A stretch of DNA of 64,000 nt from sequence record PQ464595.1. One strand, written 5' to 3'. Every line of letters begins with the position of its first letter. Position 1 is the stretch's first letter. A program made the position numbers and the translations under genes. The notes below the pieces were generated by a model, which saw nothing but the letters and a program-made list of their open reading frames with translations, was not told where the DNA came from and ran no database searches. This document shows positions 19,421-27,580 of the stretch, one piece after another.

Positions 19421-19492
19421 AAACATCCTTTTTGTGTTTGTGTGTGGTAACACGTTTGTTTTCCTAACTGTATTTAATGCTCCAAAATACAG

Positions 19493-19795
19493 TTAGTTTT
19501 TGCTGGGTTCATAATCTACGTAGCAACGATTTCCTTTTGCTTCTTCGAACCAACATTCCTGATAAACCAGTTGTTCTAATGATACTGGTTTATCAGTTGT
19601 AGCATACTTTAATTCGCCATTTTTATCAGTGTATTGATAGGAACATGAACCGTCCTTACACTGGCCTAACGCAACAACTCGTCCGACGTTATAAGTAACG
19701 TTCTGGTGTTCAGTACTTTTTGTATTTTTGATAATGGAGACGAATCCCCATGTCAATATGGCAGAAAATATCAAACTCCAGATTAAACGTTTCAT
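19493..19795 (-). CDS. Membrane-anchored/exported Cys-containing protein
   Basis: N-terminal hydrophobic helix and four Cys. Confidence 0.65.
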   Translation of the reverse strand: MKRLIWSLIFSAILTWGFVSIIKNTKSTEHQNVTYNVGRVVALGQCKDGSCSYQYTDKNGELKYATTDKPVSLEQLVYQECWFEEAKGNRCYVDYEPSKN

Positions 19796-20700
19796 TATAG
19801 ACTCCGAATAAATTTAAATGCGTTATCCAAATAAGCAACGATATTCATCGCACCAATTGGATTAGCACTATGAACATGATATTCAAATGGTTTCCCAATC
19901 TGATTATCCATCATGTACTCGACTAAAAATTTGGCAAAGGTATAGCCAGTTTCTTCATCTTCATTTTCGGTATCACCTAAATCATGATCGAAAGAGATAA
20001 AGGACGGCAAACCATGTTCGTTGACGTAATAAACTGCTTCTTTATACGTTCGACAAACAACCATTTCTTCATTTGGATAGTACTTTTCAGCATCACGAAG
20101 ATCATCTAAGAACATCTTATATGAAGTTTCAGTTTTATCATCATCAACGTAGTCAATGAGAAGATTCTTTGAACGAACGAGCTTCATCAGTTCCATCTTA
20201 GCAGTACCAACAAAGTTTTGTTCTAAAAGAATGTTCCAACCACATTCAATCTTGTTACCCTTAAGGTAACGACACGTATGTAACAAGTTCACACCCGCAT
20301 TTTCAGCAGCGAAGTGTACACCATTATGTGCGTTATTACGAATGTCCAGAAGTTCTTCATAAGATACTTCTAAAGAAAACGCATGGTTGTGAGAACCGAT
20401 TACGGTATTTTTATAACTCACTAATGGCTGTAAACGATCCATCGGCAAATCATAATCAATTTCTTCTTTGGCTTCACGCATAACAGCGATTTCCAGACTC
20501 GGATCATCGTGTTCTACCATTCCACCTACTGCCCCCAGCAATCCATCGTAACGCAATTCTGACAGTACTAAACTCACGTTAGGAATGTCATTATACGGAT
20601 AGTTCGCATAAGGAGTACAGTTCTTCGCATAAATCCAGACGAACACACAATCATAACGTTCAGAACGTGTGCCGAATGGAATTTCTTGATACATAGCCAT
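19795..20700 (-). CDS. NUDT16-like Nudix hydrolase fused to a cyclic-phosphate-processing receiver-like domain
   Basis: LRYDGLLGAVGGMVE..SLEIAVMREAKEE Nudix box; C-terminal MFLDDLR...ISFDHDLG...TGY...HSANPIG. Confidence 0.8.
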   Translation of the reverse strand: MAMYQEIPFGTRSERYDCVFVWIYAKNCTPYANYPYNDIPNVSLVLSELRYDGLLGAVGGMVEHDDPSLEIAVMREAKEEIDYDLPMDRLQPLVSYKNTVIGSHNHAFSLEVSYEELLDIRNNAHNGVHFAAENAGVNLLHTCRYLKGNKIECGWNILLEQNFVGTAKMELMKLVRSKNLLIDYVDDDKTETSYKMFLDDLRDAEKYYPNEEMVVCRTYKEAVYYVNEHGLPSFISFDHDLGDTENEDEETGYTFAKFLVEYMMDNQIGKPFEYHVHSANPIGAMNIVAYLDNAFKFIRSL

Positions 20701-20702
20701 TT

Positions 20703-21494
20703 TTAGTAATCTTCTTCGTTATGTGACATGACTTCCATATGCTCATGGAGATACGCTTCAACCGTGTTGACTGCTTCGCTCATCGGCATATAAAGATTGT
20801 AATCAAACAGATCATCATTATCATGGGGTTCAGGATTCACGTTAATTACTAACGCAGGTGTTCCGATACCCATGTAAATGCTCCACGGAATAACTGTATC
20901 CGAAGAACCAATGACAACTACTACATCTTTAGACGTTAAGTTGTCGATGATTTCACCCATTTCACCATATACGGTTTTACGAACACCATCAGTGAAACGG
21001 AATACATCTCCGAACATTACGATGTTCGGTTTAGAAATAACCCCTGGTGTTGGAGTATGTTCAGTATAACCAATGTCACGAACTGAATAGTTCTGATCAT
21101 TAGTACTGTACGGTTCAACAACTTCAGTTAAGTAACCATGAACATGCATCGCTGTACCGCCAGCACGTTCAACAAGGTCATCAACATTCGCAGTGATGTG
21201 AATTACGTTTTCATCACCGTACATGCGTTCGATTTCGGCAATCATATGATGACCAATATTCGGTTCGTAGTTCTGTAAACCTACACGCATTTTGTTGAAG
21301 AAGTCGTGAATCATATGATAGTTCACGTTGAAGTTCGCAATATTACAAACCTGGTCAACATCTACCTGATCCCATAAGCCTTCTTCAGCGGCATCGCGGA
21401 ATGTATTAATACCAGACTCTTTAGATAGTCCAGCACCAGTACAGAAAACAATTCGTGGTGCACCTTTATTTTGGAGAAAGCGTTCGAGATTCAT
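20703..21494 (-). CDS. Sir2/sirtuin NAD-dependent deacylase
   Basis: GAGLSKESGINTFRD, ANVDDLVERAG, HVHG, KPNIVMFG, IGSS. Confidence 0.92.
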   Translation of the reverse strand: MNLERFLQNKGAPRIVFCTGAGLSKESGINTFRDAAEEGLWDQVDVDQVCNIANFNVNYHMIHDFFNKMRVGLQNYEPNIGHHMIAEIERMYGDENVIHITANVDDLVERAGGTAMHVHGYLTEVVEPYSTNDQNYSVRDIGYTEHTPTPGVISKPNIVMFGDVFRFTDGVRKTVYGEMGEIIDNLTSKDVVVVIGSSDTVIPWSIYMGIGTPALVINVNPEPHDNDDLFDYNLYMPMSEAVNTVEAYLHEHMEVMSHNEEDY

Positions 21495-21503
21495 TTATTG
21501 GCC

Positions 21504-21722
21504 TTATAAGTGAGAAAAATATAGTCGGCATCCACAGCTTGGACACTTCGGTTCTTTGATGTAATAGCCATCAGTCCCAGGAACTGTACGTGGAGCATCT
21601 TTGATTACATAAACATGGAAACAACGAGTACACGTAACTTTGTTATTCGCGGCTGGATGTTCATCAACCCATTTACCTGAGTACAGCTTTTTTAAGTGTG
21701 CTTCTAATTCTTCTTGAGTCAT
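21504..21722 (-). CDS. Small Zn-ribbon protein
   Basis: CTRC...CPSC. Confidence 0.7.
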   Translation of the reverse strand: MTQEELEAHLKKLYSGKWVDEHPAANNKVTCTRCFHVYVIKDAPRTVPGTDGYYIKEPKCPSCGCRLYFSHL

Positions 21723-21734
21723 GTTCGTTTTCCA

Positions 21735-22181
21735 TTAAACGGTGACTTTCAATTGCTCATTCCCAAAGGTTAATTCTTCGGGAAGAACCCCAAGATTAAA
21801 GACTAAATTGATCAAATCTTCATCTGTATCTTTTGGCTTATACACAATACTCATATGACATTTTAGATCATCGAATTTATGTTTAAACCCAGCATTGACT
21901 AATTCTTTATGGCGTTGTTGAATTTCGGGAGAATCTAGTAACAGTACTATAGCCTCCCATTCACCACCTGGCTTACCAAGTCGTTCAACACCAGTAATCT
22001 TTGCCGTATAAGTCTTATCATTCGAAAGTAAATCTATTTCAGGGTTACTTTCATCTTGCATCACTGTAACATGAAACTGCGAAGGTGTCAAGCAATCAAC
22101 ACCCGCTATTTTAAATAATTTTTGGATCTCTTTTGCCTGGTCAATATCCAGATCAAGACCCACGTATCCTTTTCCTGCCAT
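21735..22181 (-). CDS. acb1: 2H phosphoesterase, Acb1 / T4 gp57B-like anti-CBASS nuclease
   Basis: FHVTV and CHMSIVY 2H motifs; AIVLLLDSPEIQQRH..G.KHKFDD aligns with T4 gp57B from recall. Confidence 0.8.
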   Translation of the reverse strand: MAGKGYVGLDLDIDQAKEIQKLFKIAGVDCLTPSQFHVTVMQDESNPEIDLLSNDKTYTAKITGVERLGKPGGEWEAIVLLLDSPEIQQRHKELVNAGFKHKFDDLKCHMSIVYKPKDTDEDLINLVFNLGVLPEELTFGNEQLKVTV

Positions 22182-22190
22182 TATATATCC

Positions 22191-22388
22191 TTACATCGTT
22201 AAAATCAAGTATCCTAATACAAATAGGAACACACCTGCTATAACGAATAAGGCTACGCCAGAAAAGATATAAGCACCTTTCTTAAAGGTCATCGGAAGAC
22301 CCTTGAACTTCGATTTGTATTCCGAATAAGTTAGAAAACTAATAACGAAATACGCCAGTACTGATAGAAATAGCATGTATGTTAACAT
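22191..22388 (-). CDS. Small membrane protein
   Basis: Two hydrophobic segments. Confidence 0.65.
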   Translation of the reverse strand: MLTYMLFLSVLAYFVISFLTYSEYKSKFKGLPMTFKKGAYIFSGVALFVIAGVFLFVLGYLILTM

Positions 22389-22390
22389 AT

Positions 22391-23323
22391 TTAATATTCC
22401 CGTTCTTTGTCATCGCGGTACTTTTCAGCTAACTCAGCTACACTTTTATGAAAAGCAATGTGCGTATTGTAGTTAAATGATTGACCGCCAGTAATTGAAG
22501 GAACAACCTGAATATTCAATTGACGCAGATTAGTTTCAAATACCGACAACCCAATAATTTCTTCAGCATATACAAGGTAATCTTCGAGCTTCAACTCAAA
22601 TTTACGTTGTATGCCATGACGTTCAAGATGAACATCTTCATAAAATGGAAGTGGTGCTCGTCCAAATTCGATAACCATTTGAGCCATTGTTATTTCAGCC
22701 CAAATCTTTTCTTCCATTGTTTCTTCTTCTGGATTTTCAGCAATTACTTTTGCTTCATATTCAGCAATGAAAGTTTCATGATTAACAAAATAATCATAGT
22801 GTGGATGGTTACGAATTTCTTCAATCTGATCAGCAGTCTTTACAGTACCAGCATAATAAGTAAACTCTGAACTCAATGTTTCATAGATATGTTTATGTAC
22901 CGCATAAATGGTGACTGGTAATTGAATGAGATTTCCATCATAACCAGTGTAATTTACACTAATACCATCTTCCCAAATAATATCCTGAACATCGTCAAAT
23001 GTGAATGTCCAAGATTCAGGTTTATCCATATCTTCTTCCAGAAGAAAGTCTTCTTTATTAAGATTAGAACAAAGGAACTTGTTATACATTTCCCAAATTT
23101 CTTTGTTTCTTGTAGTTTCTTCTAACTTGTACTTACCATAATCATTATAGTAAGCAGCCATCGGAAGACCAACCAAATTATGGAAATGGTCGTTGTACAA
23201 GATTTTAGTACGGTTTATACCAGGAGATGCGATTGCTAACATTACAACAACTTCATCTTTTTCGCCGATAGGAAGTTGAGATACAGCACAAGATGTGTTA
23301 AAAGAACCCATTAATGTATCCAA
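22391..23323 (-). CDS. Hypothetical protein
   Basis: ORF track, 310 aa. Confidence 0.75.
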   Translation of the reverse strand: MDTLMGSFNTSCAVSQLPIGEKDEVVVMLAIASPGINRTKILYNDHFHNLVGLPMAAYYNDYGKYKLEETTRNKEIWEMYNKFLCSNLNKEDFLLEEDMDKPESWTFTFDDVQDIIWEDGISVNYTGYDGNLIQLPVTIYAVHKHIYETLSSEFTYYAGTVKTADQIEEIRNHPHYDYFVNHETFIAEYEAKVIAENPEEETMEEKIWAEITMAQMVIEFGRAPLPFYEDVHLERHGIQRKFELKLEDYLVYAEEIIGLSVFETNLRQLNIQVVPSITGGQSFNYNTHIAFHKSVAELAEKYRDDKEREY

Positions 23324-23547
23324 ATATAATAAATGGTTATAGCATAGTACGCACCGAAAGCAATAGTTGCCAGTACTGTTACTAAGTATAAACCGTATTG
23401 TGTTATTGTTTCTTTCCAGTTCCGAGGTCTAACGAATGCCATTAAACCACAACCAGCAAATAGATTCCAGAGTGCTGGAAATAGTACTGCTAAACCAAAT
23501 CCTACTGCCATAACTGTTAGGGCAACATCTTTGAGGAATTCTATCAT
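23311..23547 (-). CDS. Small membrane protein
   Basis: Two hydrophobic segments. Confidence 0.65.
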   Translation of the reverse strand: MIEFLKDVALTVMAVGFGLAVLFPALWNLFAGCGLMAFVRPRNWKETITQYGLYLVTVLATIAFGAYYAITIYYIWIH

Positions 23548-24044
23548 ACTAAAACCTCAATGTTATTATAATCGAATTTGATATATTTTGATTTTCCATT
23601 TTGAGAATATACCATATGTATATTATTTCCATCAGTATTAACTGATAGAACTCGGAAAGCACCAGATATTTTTTTACGAAGAGATTTAGATGGTTTAAAT
23701 TTCCAGGTTATACGCTGGGTATCACGATTAAATTCAATAACAGTACTGTACAAATTATTAGCTGCTAAGTTACCATGATTTTTACGTTCACTTTTTATAA
23801 AGCCAACAAAATCATGATATTCAAGATGTTGATTATGTAAAAACTCTTTTTTGAAGATTTTACTAGACCAGAATACACAATATGAAAGATGTGTATTACC
23901 AAAAATATCTTGGTATTTTTTCATCAATCCATCAACTTTTGGATTATCAAACCACATGTTTGCTAAAGCACAAGTGTTTCTTGAATAAAACTCTATAATA
24001 TTCATATGTGTTTCTCTCAATAAATTAAAAAGAAGGGAGAGCAA
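23544..24044 (-). CDS. Hypothetical protein (true start probably MNIIEF)
   Basis: ORF track. Confidence 0.65.
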   Translation of the reverse strand: MLSLLFNLLRETHMNIIEFYSRNTCALANMWFDNPKVDGLMKKYQDIFGNTHLSYCVFWSSKIFKKEFLHNQHLEYHDFVGFIKSERKNHGNLAANNLYSTVIEFNRDTQRITWKFKPSKSLRKKISGAFRVLSVNTDGNNIHMVYSQNGKSKYIKFDYNNIEVLV

Positions 24045-24055
24045 TTGCTCTCCCT
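24027..24055 (-). terminator. Terminator after NAMPT
   Basis: AGGGAGAGC/GCTCTCCCT stem + U-tract. Confidence 0.8.
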
Positions 24056-24060
24056 AAGTA

Positions 24061-25575
24061 TTACAAACCTTTGTTCGCACGTTCACGGACTTCATCGAAG
24101 TTACTGAGATTGAAAATCTCACCGTTAATGTACATATCAACCATCATATCTTTAAGGAAGTGGTTGATTTCCTGAAGCTCAATGCGTTCAGCAATGATCT
24201 TGTGGGAATTTGTACACTCATAAGTGGTCACACGACCGCGAAGTGAACGTTTACCCACATCAGTAATTGGGTCTTTGAACAGATCTTCCCAAGTACCATC
24301 AGCCAATTGCTGAGCAGAACCTTTCATTGCGAATGAATAGGTATCGCGACCTTTTTCTGGATGAACCAGTTTACCACCCATACCGAACACAAGGTTCTCA
24401 ATGGAGTAGTTCTTAGCTTCCAGGTTCGCAACGATTTGGCGAATGCTGTCTTCGTTGATACCATCACCCTGAATTACGCCGATGAAACTTGGAAGTACTT
24501 TAAAGCCATTAGCATTCACAGTAGTTCCGAATTTGTCTGCCAGAATATCCAGGATCTCAATTGGCATAGTAGTAGCATCACCACTATCTGGACGCATGAC
24601 GAGACGAGCACCAGGGCAACGTGCCGCGATTTCAAGGATCATCTCTTTCAGACGAGTGCCAATGAATTCACGAACGAAGCGGTAAGCATCATACGTATCA
24701 ATTACTACTGAAACGATTGGTGGAACACCAACTGAACCTTTAGCAAGGTACGCATTAACTTTTTTCTCCCACAGGCGAACCATTTTCAAAGCCATATTAA
24801 AATCGTCGCGTTTGTCTGCGTCAGAGTTAGAGCAAGTAGCACTATGCTCAGAAGCAGTTACGGAACTCAGATATGCTTTATCAGTGTGGAAGTACTTTTT
24901 AATGTAACGGTTCGCAGACAGACAATCAGAACCACTGAAGATCATTGCGTGAGACATACCCGCCAGAATCGCTGATTCATAGCTGGAAGCACCGCGATCA
25001 CCGAAGTTGTGAAGATGGTAGTCCACGAAGCGATGCCCCGCATGACGTTCCATAGTGTCTGCCAAAAACTCTTTAATGCTACGTGCATTACTTGCTACAG
25101 TAGTAGGGAACCACACAGCACGTTGTAACTGAGTCTCGATATAACTTGCGATAACGCAAACACGAGGATCAGTACTGAAAGAACGTACCAGAGGGCAACC
25201 AACCGGAACTACAGTACCTTCAGGAACAGCACGGATATGTACCGGAATTTTACCGCCGTGTACTTCCAGAATATGTTCCCAAAAACCGCGATCAAAATCA
25301 TCGCCACGTTGTTCGGTTTCAAGTTCTGCTTCATCAATATCTTCAATTGTGATAGTGATGTTCAAGTACTTCTGAATGTAGTATTGAAGACCAGCCATTA
25401 CAACATGCGTTGCGTATTTTGATGGTTTACGAGCGATGATGTTACTTTCAAGAGCTACTACGCCCTCTTTCATCATGAAGCCGTGACCAGTTTTATACGA
25501 GTCAACGTTGAGGATAAAGTTTACGTTATCAGAGAAATCAATAACGTCATTAAAAGTTTTGTTAGTAATAGTCAT
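24061..25575 (-). CDS. nadV: Nicotinamide phosphoribosyltransferase
   Basis: ILNVDSYKTGH, LHNFGDRG, ASEHS, VVIDTYD, MRPDSGD, IQGDGIN, VFGMGG, KDPITD. Confidence 0.95.
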   Translation of the reverse strand: MTITNKTFNDVIDFSDNVNFILNVDSYKTGHGFMMKEGVVALESNIIARKPSKYATHVVMAGLQYYIQKYLNITITIEDIDEAELETEQRGDDFDRGFWEHILEVHGGKIPVHIRAVPEGTVVPVGCPLVRSFSTDPRVCVIASYIETQLQRAVWFPTTVASNARSIKEFLADTMERHAGHRFVDYHLHNFGDRGASSYESAILAGMSHAMIFSGSDCLSANRYIKKYFHTDKAYLSSVTASEHSATCSNSDADKRDDFNMALKMVRLWEKKVNAYLAKGSVGVPPIVSVVIDTYDAYRFVREFIGTRLKEMILEIAARCPGARLVMRPDSGDATTMPIEILDILADKFGTTVNANGFKVLPSFIGVIQGDGINEDSIRQIVANLEAKNYSIENLVFGMGGKLVHPEKGRDTYSFAMKGSAQQLADGTWEDLFKDPITDVGKRSLRGRVTTYECTNSHKIIAERIELQEINHFLKDMMVDMYINGEIFNLSNFDEVRERANKGL

Positions 25576-25626
25576 ATCTAAGACTCCCTTAGTTATTAAG
25601 TTTAAGTGAAAGCTACAACGCTTTCA
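25576..25626 (-). promoter_or_regulatory. Conserved structured 5' leader, copy 1 (riboswitch-like), before NAMPT
   Basis: TGAAAGC-GTTGTA-GCTTTCA ... ATAACTAAGGGAGTCTTAGA-T-ATG. Confidence 0.65.
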
Positions 25627-25635
25627 TTATTTGGT

Positions 25636-26154
25636 TTATACCAAATGCTGTAGTAAATTTAATGGTATTTTAGCCATCAAATTATTGGGTTCAAACATAT
25701 TAGAATTCAACCTAATATACGAACGAATGTCATACGGATTGTTGTACAGGTTCAACGCAATTGCGTCAAGTGAAAACTCGTATTCATCACCATATTCATC
25801 AGATTCTCGGTAATGAATTGTACCATCATTCTGTACTATTATGTCCGATATGCCACGCGATACGAATAGATTTCCCCTATCTATCTGACCAAAGTACGTT
25901 TGTGCCATTCGATCACCCTTATGCGGCTCTAGGCCATTATTTGTGCCATAAGTTCGTAGTGCGAATACACGGTTCGTTTCTTCAGTTTCCGGTTCACTCA
26001 GAACCATCTTAATTAGATATTGAATAGGGTCAATATATTCAATCTTATCAGGTATTTGGTATTCTGTCAAGCAGATTTTTTTGATAAAACTTTCACGATT
26101 GTCAGAGATGTACTTCATCTCATTGTAAAAGCGTTCAGGTTGACAAAATAACAT
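25636..26154 (-). CDS. Hypothetical protein between the two NAD salvage genes
   Basis: ORF track; SD GAGG. Confidence 0.7.
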   Translation of the reverse strand: MLFCQPERFYNEMKYISDNRESFIKKICLTEYQIPDKIEYIDPIQYLIKMVLSEPETEETNRVFALRTYGTNNGLEPHKGDRMAQTYFGQIDRGNLFVSRGISDIIVQNDGTIHYRESDEYGDEYEFSLDAIALNLYNNPYDIRSYIRLNSNMFEPNNLMAKIPLNLLQHLV

Positions 26155-26169
26155 AACATCCTCTCAATT

Positions 26170-26194
26170 AAAATGGAGTACCTTTCAGTACTCC
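26170..26194 (-). terminator. Terminator after NadM-Nudix
   Basis: GGAGTAC/GTACTCC stem + U-tract. Confidence 0.7.
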
Positions 26195-26201
26195 AAAACT
26201 C

Positions 26202-27329
26202 TTACAAAATGCCAAGGAAAGTATCAATGATACTCAAATGGTCTTCAAAGAATTTATCACGGTTCTTGACCAACTCACCAAGCGGCATCCAGAATGCTTT
26301 TTCAGCATCATCAGAACCTTTTACTTTTGGTAAAGTATTGTCCTGAAGCTGGATATGAGCACAGCGAGTAATGATACGCCAACGAAGTGAACGGTTGAAA
26401 TCACCGAATTCCATACTTTCACGGATTGAACCTTCCAGTACTTTCATCGGAACATCAATCTTCGTTTCTTCTTTGAGTTCACGAAGTGCCGTTTGAACCT
26501 GATCTTTGTCTTGCCATGCGTCGAAGAACCCGCCAGGAAGTGCGTATAAACCTTTACCTGGGAAAGTACGACGCTTAACCAACAGTACGTGTCCAGCACA
26601 AATTACCAGAGCATCACCCGTCAGGAACGGAATGTTGTCATATGGCAGTTTTTCTTTCATCTCTGAACGATAACGTTGTACGAAGTTGAATTCGCCGATC
26701 AGGTTATCGAACACCATTGGTTTGGTCTTCATGAACTTCTCAAGAAACTCTTTAGTTTCTTCCGGCAATTCTTCTGGTACTTGTTTAGTACTGAAAAACT
26801 GCTGGCGAACAGCGGTACTGTTAAATGTTACTTTTACAGTAATATCGCGATGTTCAACATAATCTTTATGATTATAGTCATCTGACACAGTTTTGGTTAC
26901 AGTTTGTTCTGGAATAAAATCCTGATTCCACTGCGGGAAGAAGTTCAGGTAGAAAGTACTTGCGTCAGCTTCTTTCTGACAACCAGTAATGAAAATGTTT
27001 TCACTCTGAGTTACAGATTGAACTTGCTCGTGTACTTCCATCAGCCATTTGCTGTTGTTATATACGTAGTCGTGGATTGGAAGGATGTTAACCTTCACTG
27101 AACGCCCTTTAGCCCATTCTGCTTGTGCTAAACGACTAGACATAGCATCCAGTACTTGCTTGCGTTCATCGAACGTGAACGGATTCTTTGAATCACGTGC
27201 CATGTCGGAAGAACCAACCAGGATTACCAAACGGTCTGAATTTTCTAATGCGTGTTTAATGGTAGCTTCATGACCAGCATGTGCCATTTGGAAACGACCA
27301 ATATATACATAAACTTTTTCGTTTTTCAT
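26202..27329 (-). CDS. nadM: Bifunctional NMN adenylyltransferase / ADP-ribose Nudix hydrolase (NadM-Nudix, NatV-like)
   Basis: YIGRFQMAHAGH, KNPFTFDER, FNSTAVR, ALPGGF..ALRELKEET, GSDDAEKAFW; start trimmed to MKNEKV. Confidence 0.95.
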   Translation of the reverse strand: MKNEKVYVYIGRFQMAHAGHEATIKHALENSDRLVILVGSSDMARDSKNPFTFDERKQVLDAMSSRLAQAEWAKGRSVKVNILPIHDYVYNNSKWLMEVHEQVQSVTQSENIFITGCQKEADASTFYLNFFPQWNQDFIPEQTVTKTVSDDYNHKDYVEHRDITVKVTFNSTAVRQQFFSTKQVPEELPEETKEFLEKFMKTKPMVFDNLIGEFNFVQRYRSEMKEKLPYDNIPFLTGDALVICAGHVLLVKRRTFPGKGLYALPGGFFDAWQDKDQVQTALRELKEETKIDVPMKVLEGSIRESMEFGDFNRSLRWRIITRCAHIQLQDNTLPKVKGSDDAEKAFWMPLGELVKNRDKFFEDHLSIIDTFLGIL

Positions 27330-27376
27330 TTCTAAGACTCCCTTAGTCATTATTGAAACAAGGCTACAACGCCTTG
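27330..27376 (-). promoter_or_regulatory. Conserved structured 5' leader, copy 2, before NadM-Nudix
   Basis: CAAGGC-GTTGTA-GCCTTG ... ATGACTAAGGGAGTCTTAGA-A-ATG; begins at the predicted transcription start. Confidence 0.65.
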
Positions 27377-27384
27377 ATGTGTAC

Positions 27385-27414
27385 ATTATAGCATAAAAGT
27401 CAACGGCGTTCCAA
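27385..27414 (-). promoter_or_regulatory. Early promoter TTGGAACG-N-TGCTATAAT
   Basis: Motif shared with 17699..17728. Confidence 0.7.
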
Positions 27415-27449
27415 GTTTTTTTGGTTCGTTGAGTTGCTAGAACAGTGAA

Positions 27450-27478
27450 ATATTAGCAAATTGCGTCCTGGTCGTCAA
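27450..27478 (-). promoter_or_regulatory. Sigma70-like promoter TTGACG-17-TAATAT
   Basis: Reverse complement of atattagcaaattgcgtcctggtcgtcaa. Confidence 0.55.
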
Positions 27479-27580
27479 GCACTTTTTGTGGTTCAAAAGT
27501 AAATATTAATAGCAATAGCTAGTTTTCGGTATCTTAATAAATACTGAATATAATTATATAACTTTCTTAGGAGACTAAAA

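Noticed and set aside
6236-27386. Long apparent gene overlaps (6236..7018, 14820..15803, 9899..10387, 26202..27386)
   Set aside because: These come from the ORF caller taking the first possible start. SD-led downstream ATGs remove most of the overlap.
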